NCBI GenBank assembly: GCA_965223265.1 | Contig: OZ244999.1 | Location: forward strand, 2,560,001-2,624,000 | Length of the DNA: 64,000 nt | Direction: 5' to 3' | Source: Planctomycetota bacterium | GTDB lineage: Bacteria; Planctomycetota; UBA8108; SXIK01 | Shown here: positions 28,442 through 37,700 of the stretch, one piece after another | Numbering within the stretch: position 1 is the stretch's first letter | How the letters are laid out: each line of letters begins with the position of its first letter | The notes under the pieces: model-generated | What the model saw: only the letters and a program-made list of their open reading frames with translations | Told to the model about the DNA's origin: nothing | Databases searched by the model: none | Position numbers and translations under genes: made by a program

Positions 28442-30025
28442 ATGGGAATGACGCGTCGAAAGTTTATCCAGGGCGCTGCGGCAGCCGGCGCGGGAATCGG
28501 GCTTGGCGCTGCCGGTCAGGCGGCCGGAGCGCCGGGCGAGTCGACAACGGCAACGCCAAAGAATAGCAGGAAGCGTCGTACGATCTACTTCAACGACGCA
28601 CGGCACTACTACCTTTATGTGTTCGAGCCGCCGATGCGGCTGGAGGACGCGTGGGTTCCAATCGACGAAGTCGCGGGAACGACGGTGGATACGTTCAGCT
28701 ACGGGGTGGCGCGCGGCGATGGCCTTTTCTACCCGTCGAAGATCGGACTTCTCTTTGGCGACGACAAACGGCCGTTCGAAATGGCTGCTTACTGGCGTGC
28801 ATGGGAGTGTATGCAGAGTCTGATCGCCCGCGGGCTCGATCCGCTCAAGGTGCTCATCGATCGCGCCCACGCCAAGGGGATGGATTTCATCGCGAGTCTG
28901 CGCATGGCCGGTCATGGCGGTATGAATCCGAAACACCGCGCGCCGGAAGGTCGCGGTATGGCCCATCAGGAAGTCCGCGATCATCAGTTCAAGATTCTGA
29001 ATGAGCTAGTGACCGACTACGAGGTTGAGGGCGTCGAGCTCGACTTCGCAGCCTCTCCGGGCGGTGCGCCGCCAATCCTGCGCCCCGACGACGTCAAAGA
29101 GTACACGCCGGTGCTCACGGAATATGTCCGCGGCATTGCCAAGATGGTGCGCGATCGACCCGGGCCGACGAAAGAGATCGGCGTACGGGTGTACCCGACG
29201 GAGGTGATCAATCTGGCGCAGGGGCTTGACGTACGTACGTGGCTCAAGGAAGGCCTGGTCGACTACGTCATGCCGATGCTCTACATCGACTTCACGCTCG
29301 ACACCAGCATTCCCATCGATTGGCTCATTGAGGCGTCGCATGAGCACGACGTCGCGGTCTACGGCATGCTGCAGCCGTACACAGCGAGCGAGTCGGCCAC
29401 GTCGCGCCAGCGCTTTCACTTGACGCCGGAGACCATGCGGGCCGGAGCGGCGAACTATTGGCAGCGAGGGGTCGACGGCGTCTGCGCCTGGTTCTTGACC
29501 TGGCCGCTGGGCGACGCCGAGAAGCGGGCTCTCACAGAGATTGGCGATCCAGATCGTTTGAAGGAGTCGACGAAACGTTATGTGGTGCGGCGCCGCTCGG
29601 AGCAGGCCGTCGAGATGGGCTACGATGCCGCACTACCGATCAAGATCGAGGCGGCCGACCCGGCGAAACGTTACTCCGTGCCGTTTTACATCGCCGACGA
29701 CATCGAGGCTTCGCCGGACCGTTTGCGCCATGTGCGGCTGAAGGTCCACATCGCGAACGTCGTCAGTGCTGACCAGCTCACGGTCCTACTCAATGGCAAG
29801 TCCCTCGCCGGCGAGGCGTGCCGGCGGCGCTTTAGTTGGCACGTGGCGCCGTATCAGGGACAGATCCTCGAGTTCGAGCTCGAGAAAGTTCGCCCACGCC
29901 AGGGAGAGAACACACTCGAGATTTCACTCGATCAGAGACCGAAGCGCTTGGCGGGCGGTGTCACGATCGAGGAGGTCGAGGTGTTCGTGGAGTACGGGAT
30001 TTACCCGCCGGGGCTGGAGGCGTAG
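28442..30025 (+). CDS. Tat-exported glycoside hydrolase-like (GHL10-type TIM barrel) protein
   Basis: MTRRKFI Tat motif; YFNDA, DPLKVLIDRAHAKGMDFIASLRM, YEVEGVELDF, DVRTWLKEGLVD. Confidence 0.75.
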   Translation: MGMTRRKFIQGAAAAGAGIGLGAAGQAAGAPGESTTATPKNSRKRRTIYFNDARHYYLYVFEPPMRLEDAWVPIDEVAGTTVDTFSYGVARGDGLFYPSKIGLLFGDDKRPFEMAAYWRAWECMQSLIARGLDPLKVLIDRAHAKGMDFIASLRMAGHGGMNPKHRAPEGRGMAHQEVRDHQFKILNELVTDYEVEGVELDFAASPGGAPPILRPDDVKEYTPVLTEYVRGIAKMVRDRPGPTKEIGVRVYPTEVINLAQGLDVRTWLKEGLVDYVMPMLYIDFTLDTSIPIDWLIEASHEHDVAVYGMLQPYTASESATSRQRFHLTPETMRAGAANYWQRGVDGVCAWFLTWPLGDAEKRALTEIGDPDRLKESTKRYVVRRRSEQAVEMGYDAALPIKIEAADPAKRYSVPFYIADDIEASPDRLRHVRLKVHIANVVSADQLTVLLNGKSLAGEACRRRFSWHVAPYQGQILEFELEKVRPRQGENTLEISLDQRPKRLAGGVTIEEVEVFVEYGIYPPGLEA

Positions 30026-30082
30026 GCAGGGCAGAGGTCAGAGACGCGAGAATGGACCCGTCACGTGAGAACAATCGGCCGC

Positions 30083-32470
30083 ATGAACATTTTAACGCAC
30101 ACAGTTTCGCGAGTTCGTCGCGTAGCCCTAGCGACGCTGCTGTTTGTTGTTTCTATCGTACCCATTCAGGCGTTTCCTGGGCGCCAACCGCCGCCGCGCG
30201 AAGGGGCATCCTCGTACCGTACGATCCCGCCCCATCGTGCTGTGGCGCTTGACGGGATTCATGCCTACGCACAAAAGAGCATCGCGGCGGGAGAAACCGT
30301 TCAGTTTCGCGTTAGCTCGACGATCCCCTACACGCTCACCGTGTGCAAGCTCGGCACCGTCGACGCTCCAGAGACTGATCAGATACTGCGCTCGTTTCCG
30401 CTGTCCGCACCGCGCGTGCAGCCGATTCACCCTGGGTCCTATGTGCATGTTGGTGGAGCATTCCCCAGCAACGTTCAGTCCGAGGGCAAGTTCGACGCGC
30501 TCACGCTCGAAGTGTGGATACGCCCGTGGCAGGCGGCGCGCGTTCAAGGGCTCTTGACGCAAACCGACGATCTGGAACGCTCTGGCTTCGCGCTCATCCT
30601 TGATGCTGACGCGCGCGCTGGATTTGTCCTTGGTGGTGTGAGGAAGGTCGGCGGAGGCATGCCCCTCGAACCGCGGCAGTGGCATCATGTCGCGGCGACA
30701 TGGGACGGCGCGCGGGCAACACTGTGGTTGAACGGAGCTCGCGTCGCGAGTGGGCTTGCGGATTCACTGCTCCCGAGCGCCGCGCCGTTTCGCCTCGGTG
30801 CCTTCGGCGCGGAGGGCGTTGCGGAAGGGTTTTTGGATGGCGACATCGCGTTGCCGGCCGTTTATCGCCGTGCTCTCAGGGCTGAGGAGATCGAAGCACA
30901 TGTCGTCCAGGGGCGCAGCGAGCGTTACGACGGCGCCCAACCTGGCGGAGCAGCGGGTGATTTGATCGCTTTTTGGCCACTCGACGAAGAGGCCGGCGAT
31001 GTCGTACGCGATATGAGCGGGAATGGCCATGACGGTCGGATCATCCATCGCGGCACATGGATGATCGGCGGCCCCGCGTTTCGGGGCGAGGCCGTACCGC
31101 GCTTCGGCGACTACGATCCGCGCCATGACGCGCAGCGCGGACACGGCCTGCGGTTAGCATCGGATGACCTTTACGACTGCAGCTGGGAGGTGACGGAGGA
31201 GTTCACGATTCCCGTAGATGCGACGCCGGGATTCTATGCCGGTCGTCTCAACTATTCGTGGGAGGGGGAGGCGCAGACTTACGATGTCACGTTCATCGTT
31301 CGTGCGGCTCGGAGTCAACCAGCGCCGCCAATCGCCGTTCTCTGTTCGAGCAGCACCTGGCTTGCGTACAGCGCGACGCCGTTTGCAGCGACTCCGGTGA
31401 CCGATCCACGCTGGTCGACGAACGGCAAGAAAAACAGTCACCCACTGGCACCGGCGTATTCGTGTTACCGGGATCACGCTGCCGGACAGCCAACGTATCA
31501 GATGGGACTCAACATGCCGTGGCCGGTCGCGGGGCCCGAAGTCCTCTACAGTCCCAAGAGCATCGGATACAGTCACTTGGCGCGGGCAGAACGCTTTGCC
31601 CACAACTGGCTGACGGCTGCCGGCTACGCCTACGACGTCGTCACCGACCTCGATCTCCACCGCGACCCGGACCTGCTCCTGCGCCACAAAGTGCTCGTGA
31701 TCAACGGCCACAGCGAGTACTGGTCGATCGCCGCCTACGAAGGTGTGGATCGTTTCCTGCGACAGGGCGGCGCGGCCGTTGTGTTCTCGGGGAATACTCT
31801 GTTTTGGCGCGTCAGCTTTGACTCGCAGGGCGAGGTGATGGAGTGCCGCAAATTCGACCCAGCGATCGGCGGGCGCAAGTACGCGACGGTCGGCGAGCTC
31901 TATCACAGTCACGACGGTCGCCGCGGCAGCCTGCTGCGCGAGTGCGGCTATCCAGCGTGGAAACTCGTCGGCCTTGAATGTATCGGTTGGTGGGGGACCA
32001 GCCGCCAGGAGAACTACTACGTCTACGAAACAGAGGTCCCGGATCACTTTCTCTTTCGCAAGCCGATTGTCGTGGATGTGGCATCGGGCACGACGTTCGG
32101 GCACGCGCCAAACGGTGGACTACCGCGTGCGGGCGGACACGAAGCTGACGTACGCCTAAGCACGCTCAGGCGATTGACCGGCGCTTCGCCGCCCGGGGCG
32201 CTCTTTCCTGAGGAGCCGGAAGGAATCGTCACCCTCGCGCGCATGCGAACGACAGGTGCCCGGGCGCTCGACTACTTCGCGCGTTGGGATGAGAATCCCG
32301 AGCAGGTCGTCGCGGAGATGATCTACTGGGAACGCCCCCAGGGCGGGCGCGTGTTTCATGCCGGCACCATTGCGTCGGGGTGGGCGCTCTCGGTCGACCC
32401 GAAGATGCAGCAGCTTGTAACGAACGTCTTGAATCACTTCGGCGTCAAGCCGGCCGGAGTGGGGGAGTGA
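30083..32470 (+). CDS. N,N-dimethylformamidase beta-subunit family protein with inserted LamG-like domain
   Basis: WHHVAATWDG LamG; TWLAYS, SHLARAE, GYAYDVVTDLDLH, GHSEYWS, FSGNTLFWRV, GGRVFHAGTI. Confidence 0.85.
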   Translation: MNILTHTVSRVRRVALATLLFVVSIVPIQAFPGRQPPPREGASSYRTIPPHRAVALDGIHAYAQKSIAAGETVQFRVSSTIPYTLTVCKLGTVDAPETDQILRSFPLSAPRVQPIHPGSYVHVGGAFPSNVQSEGKFDALTLEVWIRPWQAARVQGLLTQTDDLERSGFALILDADARAGFVLGGVRKVGGGMPLEPRQWHHVAATWDGARATLWLNGARVASGLADSLLPSAAPFRLGAFGAEGVAEGFLDGDIALPAVYRRALRAEEIEAHVVQGRSERYDGAQPGGAAGDLIAFWPLDEEAGDVVRDMSGNGHDGRIIHRGTWMIGGPAFRGEAVPRFGDYDPRHDAQRGHGLRLASDDLYDCSWEVTEEFTIPVDATPGFYAGRLNYSWEGEAQTYDVTFIVRAARSQPAPPIAVLCSSSTWLAYSATPFAATPVTDPRWSTNGKKNSHPLAPAYSCYRDHAAGQPTYQMGLNMPWPVAGPEVLYSPKSIGYSHLARAERFAHNWLTAAGYAYDVVTDLDLHRDPDLLLRHKVLVINGHSEYWSIAAYEGVDRFLRQGGAAVVFSGNTLFWRVSFDSQGEVMECRKFDPAIGGRKYATVGELYHSHDGRRGSLLRECGYPAWKLVGLECIGWWGTSRQENYYVYETEVPDHFLFRKPIVVDVASGTTFGHAPNGGLPRAGGHEADVRLSTLRRLTGASPPGALFPEEPEGIVTLARMRTTGARALDYFARWDENPEQVVAEMIYWERPQGGRVFHAGTIASGWALSVDPKMQQLVTNVLNHFGVKPAGVGE

Positions 32471-32620
32471 AGGAGGCAGAGACGGAGAGAGAGGCAGAGG
32501 CGGAGAAAGAGAACGCCTATACAACCGCCCACAGGAATGGGAACGCAGAGTCGGGGCGGCGATGGATGCTCGCGCCCACGCCCACGCAAACGCCCACGCA
32601 AACGCCTTCAAACGCCCACA
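32470..32620. repeat. Low-complexity hexamer tracts (GAGGCA-like and CCCACG/CAAACG-like)
   Basis: gaggcagagacggagagagaggcagaggcggag and cgcccacgcccacgcaaacgcccacgcaaacgcc; resemble reverse complements of array 2 filler motifs. Confidence 0.55.
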
Positions 32621-32639
32621 CAATCGCACAGGACTTCGC

Positions 32640-33737
32640 ATGAACGACACCACACCCAGCATCCACCGTCGCCATTTTCTCTCCGCCGCGGCAGCCGGCG
32701 TCGCTGCGTTCCCGCTTGCCGCTCGCGGGGCCCGCGGTGCCGATGCCGCGAAGAAGCCAAAGATCAAGATCGGCCAAATCGGGACCGGGCATGCGCACGC
32801 CCGGGGGGTGTTCTCGTCGCTGCGTGAGGTCGCTGATGACTTTGACATCATCGGCGTCGTGGAGAATGACCCGCAGCGGCGTGAGGCGCTCGGCGGCGCG
32901 TACCAGGGAGTTCGCTTGATCAGCGAAGAGCAGCTCTTGAACACCCCAGGCTTGCAGGCCGTCGTCGTCGAGACCGAAGTGCGGGATCTTCTGCCGACGG
33001 CCAAACGCTGTGTGCGAGCCGGAATGCACGTTCACCTCGACAAGCCACCGGGCGAATCGCTCGCCGAGTACAAGCAGCTGCTCGACGACGCGACGCGACA
33101 GCAGATCGTCGTACAGATGGGGTACATCTACCGCTATCACCCTGCTTTTCAGTTCTGCTTTCGCGCCGTTAGCGAAGGGTGGCTCGGAGATGTCTTTGAA
33201 GTTCATGGCGTCATGAGCAAGAAGGTCGGGCCTGAGTCGCGCCGCAAGCTCGCCGAGTTCGCTGGCGGCTCGATGTTCGAGATCGGTTGCCACGTGATCG
33301 ACGCAATCGTCACCGTGCTCGGACCGCCGCAAAAAGTCACACCCTTCGTTCGCCGCACGCATCCTGACCGCGATACGCTCGCCGACAATCAGCTGGCCGT
33401 CTTCGATTACCCGAACGCGACCGCTGCTCTGCGCAGCTCGTTGATCGAGTATGCGGGCGGCCAGCGGCGACAGTTCACGGTCTGCGGTGAGTATGGTACC
33501 TTTGATCTGCGGCCTCTCGGCGGTACCAGCTTTCGTCTGGCTCTCGAGCGACCGCGAGGTGGGTTCAAGAAGGGGTATCAAGATGTCACCCTGCCCACGA
33601 GGCGGCGTGGTTTCGTCGGTGACTTCCGCAACCTCGCAGCGCTCATTCGTGGTGAGAAGGAGAACGACTACCCGCCAGAGCACGACCTGGCCGTGCACGA
33701 GGCAGTACTGCGGGCGAGCGGGTATGATGTTGAGTGA
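32640..33737 (+). CDS. Tat-exported Gfo/Idh/MocA oxidoreductase
   Basis: HRRHFL Tat motif; IGQIGTGHAHA, HVHLDKPPG, GGSMFEIGCHVID. Confidence 0.92.
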   Translation: MNDTTPSIHRRHFLSAAAAGVAAFPLAARGARGADAAKKPKIKIGQIGTGHAHARGVFSSLREVADDFDIIGVVENDPQRREALGGAYQGVRLISEEQLLNTPGLQAVVVETEVRDLLPTAKRCVRAGMHVHLDKPPGESLAEYKQLLDDATRQQIVVQMGYIYRYHPAFQFCFRAVSEGWLGDVFEVHGVMSKKVGPESRRKLAEFAGGSMFEIGCHVIDAIVTVLGPPQKVTPFVRRTHPDRDTLADNQLAVFDYPNATAALRSSLIEYAGGQRRQFTVCGEYGTFDLRPLGGTSFRLALERPRGGFKKGYQDVTLPTRRRGFVGDFRNLAALIRGEKENDYPPEHDLAVHEAVLRASGYDVE

Positions 33738-33800
33738 GAGAGAATCGATCGATCATCGCCAGCGTGCCCACTGCCACGGCAAGCGCATTAAGGACATCCG

Positions 33801-34016
33801 GTGGACACCAAACCGCGACCGAATCATAGGCTCTACGTCCGCGTGCTGAGACGGATGACACCAGAGGAACGGCTCCGCAAGGCCTTCGAGCTGTCGAAGT
33901 TTTCGCGTGACCTTTTTGTGCAGGGACTTCGCAGTCGTTATCCCGATCTCTCCGAAGATGAGTTTCGCGAGATTCTTCTCGAGCGTTTGGAGCGATGTCA
34001 CAACCAGAACTACTGA
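33801..34016 (+). CDS. Small helical protein, putative antitoxin partner of the downstream nucleotidyltransferase
   Basis: 71 aa, LRRMTPEERLRKAFELS...GLRSRYPDLSEDE; AAGGA RBS; overlaps the next gene by 22 nt. Confidence 0.7.
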   Translation: MDTKPRPNHRLYVRVLRRMTPEERLRKAFELSKFSRDLFVQGLRSRYPDLSEDEFREILLERLERCHNQNY

Positions 34017-34558
34017 ATCTCGTTGTCAGCGTGCTGGACGACTGCGAGATCGAGTACATGCTCACCGGTTCCATCGCGTCGAGCTTGCAGGGGCAACCGC
34101 GCTCGACGCATGACATCGATTTTGTCGTGGCGATGCAGGCGGCTGACAGCGCGAGGCTACTCAGTGCTTTTCCGCCTCCTGAGTTCTATCTTTCCGAAGA
34201 GGCGATACACCAGGCGCTTGAACGCAGGTCGATGTTTAACCTGCTTTCCACTCGTGAGGGTGACAAGGCTGACTTTTGGCAGCTGACGGATGAACCGTTC
34301 GACCAGTCACGTTTTTCGCGTCGGATTGTCGAAGCGTTCGGTGGTATGAATCTTCGAGTTTCCGCGCCTGAAGACACCATCTTGGCCAAGCTGTCATGGG
34401 CGCAGCGCTCCGGGGGAAGTGAGAGACACTTCGTGGATGCTCTGAGTGTGTACGAAGTGCAGCGCGAGACGCTTGACGAGCGTTACCTGGACCACTGGTC
34501 GCACGCTCTTGATGTGGCGAGTCTTTTGTCGCGCGTTCGGTCGCAGGCGAAGGATTGA
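33995..34558 (+). CDS. Pol-beta-like nucleotidyltransferase (AbiEii/DUF6036-like)
   Basis: YMLTGSIAS...PRSTHDIDFVV (GS + DxD) and APEDTILAKL motifs. Confidence 0.8.
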   Translation: MSQPELLNLVVSVLDDCEIEYMLTGSIASSLQGQPRSTHDIDFVVAMQAADSARLLSAFPPPEFYLSEEAIHQALERRSMFNLLSTREGDKADFWQLTDEPFDQSRFSRRIVEAFGGMNLRVSAPEDTILAKLSWAQRSGGSERHFVDALSVYEVQRETLDERYLDHWSHALDVASLLSRVRSQAKD

Positions 34559-34724
34559 CCGCCGCGACGCCGCTGCCCGGTCACATCGGGTGAGAACCAC
34601 GATTTGGGCCTAGCGCCAACGACGTGACCTCAGGAATCCGCGGTCGAGGCCTATGGGGCGATGTGTGATAAGATGGTCCTCTGGGATCGAGAGACTGCCG
34701 GTGCGGCAGAGAGATGAGGTTGAG

Positions 34725-37700
34725 ATGGTTGAGAACAAGAGCGGGACAATCCGCAGGCCTCGATGCCAGAGTCTGCTTGTGATCGTGGCGTGCGTGGCCG
34801 CTTTCGTTGCCGCGGCACCCGTTGTGGGTGACACCGTCGTCTACTTCGAGATGGCCCAAGAGTGGCGCTTCTTTCAAGGCACTGCGGAGCCTTCCGGCCG
34901 CACTCTCGACTGGACGCAGCCGCAGTTCGACGACTCGACGTGGTCCTCGGGCCTGGCTCCGTTCGGCTTCGGCAACTCGCCACCCTTCGGCACCGATCTG
35001 AGCCAACTCCAGCCGCCGATGCAGGACAACTACACGACGCTCTACCTGCGGACGACGTTCGAAATCCCAGAGCTCGCCGACGTCTTCAGCTTCGTGGCGC
35101 GAGTCTTCGTCGATGACGGTCTTCGCTTTTGGATCAACGGGCAGCTCGTTCAGGTCTTCAGAGCTCCTGACGGCGAATTCGTCCCGTTCGATGCCGTTGC
35201 CACTGCTGCTCACAGTCCGCGTGTTCCAGAAGAGTTCGTCTTTGAGGACCCGAGCAGCTTTCTCGTCGAAGGCACGAATGTCGTCGCGATCCAGCTCTTC
35301 AACCGCAGTATCACGAACGGCGATCTTAAGTTCGACCTCGAGTTGCGCGATCCGATTGGACCTGACATCGTGCCACCAAGTCTTACGTCGGTGCTGCCGT
35401 CTCCGGGTCGTGTCGTCAGTCGATTGACTCGCATTGAGGTTTCGTTCGACGAACCGGTGACCGGTGTCGACCCCGAGGACCTCCTCATCAACGGCGCTGC
35501 GGTCGCCGCGCTTCGGGGCAGTGGTAGCGGACCGTATGAGTTCACGTTCGACGCGCTCCCACGGGGCGAAGTCGCTGTGGCGTGGCGCGACGGGCACGCG
35601 ATCACCGACGTCTCCGAGAAGCGCAACCCGTTCGCGGGCGACCCCTGGAGCTATCGAGTCGATCCCGACGTCGCCGTTCCGGCCGTCGTCATCAGCGAGT
35701 TCCTGGCGGCAAACCGCTCTGGAATTCCCGACGAGAATCGCGACCGAGGCAGCTGGATCGAACTGCGCAGCGACGTGGTAGACCCCGTCAGACTCAGCGG
35801 TTTTTCGCTCACGGACGATCGCCGTCGCGTCGACAAATGGGTTTTCCCCGACGTCACGCTTGATCCGGGGGCGCGTTTGGTCGTGTTCGCCAGCGGTAAA
35901 GACCGCCGTGCACCCGATAGTGAACTGCACACGAACTTCGAGCTCGACACGCGCGGTGAGTATCTCGGACTCTATGACGATCAATCGCCGCGCCGGGTGA
36001 TCTTCGAAGTGACGCCGCGTTACCCGCAGCAGCAGCCGGATGTTTCGTATGGCCTCAACGCTGCAGGCGAGTTCTCCTACCTTAGCCCGCCGACACCTCT
36101 TGAGGCGAACGACAGCGCCGTGGTGTTCGGCGAAATCGTCCGCGCGCCGCTGTTGAGCGTCGAGCGCGGTTTTTATACAGATCCCGTCGAAGTCACGGTC
36201 GAGGCGCCCACCGCTGGATCTGAAGTTTTCTTCACGCTGGACGGCTCTGAGCCGACGCCGGACGCCGAAACTGCCAGTCCCTATTCAGAGCCGCTGACCT
36301 TCACCACTACGACGATGCTGCGTGCGCGAGCGTTTCGCAGCGGCGACCTACCCAGCGCGACGGCGACGAGCACGTACATCTTCGTCGACGACGTGGTTCA
36401 GCAGCGGTTTTTACGAGCTGACGTCATCGACGACCCCGCCAGTAACGCGGCGTTTCGCGCCAGTCTCGAGGGGATCCCGATTCTATCGATTGTCACTAGT
36501 CGCGACATCATGTTCGGACCCGGCGGTGCCTACAGCTCAAAGGGGGACCACCCCGCGTCCGTCGAGCTCATCCACGCTGACGGCGCCGAGGGTTTCCAGG
36601 TCGACTGTTCGATCGAGCGTCACAGTAACGCCGAGAGCAAGACGAGCCTGCGCCTCATGTTTAAGCGGGAGTACGGCGTCGACAAGTTGCGCTATCCGTT
36701 CTTCGATTCGGCGCCGCTGCACGCGGACTCGGCGGTGCGTGAGTTTGACCGCATCATTCTCCGCAGCGGTAAGAACCAAAGCTGGCCGAACGGCCGATTC
36801 CGTGAACTCGTGACATATGTTGAGGACCAATGGGTGCGCGATTCGCAGCTGGCGATGTCAGGCATCGGATCGCACGGCACGTTCGTTCATCTCTTTATCC
36901 GCGGCAACTACTGGGGACTCTACAATCCGGTCGAGCGCCCCGATGCTTGGTTCACCTCGGCTTACTTCGGCGGCGGGAAGGCCGACTACTTCGCCACCAA
37001 CTTCAATATCGACGAAGGCAGCGGACGGCACCTCAGCGGCGATCCGTCGCGCTTCAACGACATGGTCGAAATGGCCCTGGAGCGTGAGTTGGCTGATCCC
37101 GAGCGGTACGCCGCGTTTCGCGAGTTCGTCGACGTCGAGAAGTTCATCGACTACGTGATTTTGTTCTGGTTCTCGGGTTTCGGCGACGGAATCGAGAACA
37201 ACTGGTATGGCGGTGCGCGGACATCACCGGCGGGGACGTTCATGTATTTCATGTGGGACGGGGAGTTTATTTTTCTGAGCACCGCTGGGCCACCAGGGAA
37301 CGGTGTCGCGTGGGTGCCTCCCTACTTTTTCAACAACGACCTTGGGACGACATCCATCGTTCGCGTCTGGAAGGCTCTTCTCGATAACCCAGAGTTCCGT
37401 GTTCTCTTCGCCGATCGTGTCTACAAGCACTGCTTCAACGATGGCGCGCTGACAGCAGCGGAGTCGCGCGCGCGCTTGAAGGCGTTGACCGACTTTATCG
37501 AGGACGCAATCGTCGGCGAGTCAGCCCGCTGGGGTGGGGGCTTCACGCGTGAAGGCCACTGGCGGCCAGCCGTCGAGCGGCTCAATCAAAAACTCGTCGA
37601 CAACGTCGAGATCTTTATCATAGCTCTTCGCCGCTGGTCCCATGCGGGTTGGCCAGGGGCGGAGCTCTATCCGAGCGTCGATCCGCCGCTCTTCAGCCAA

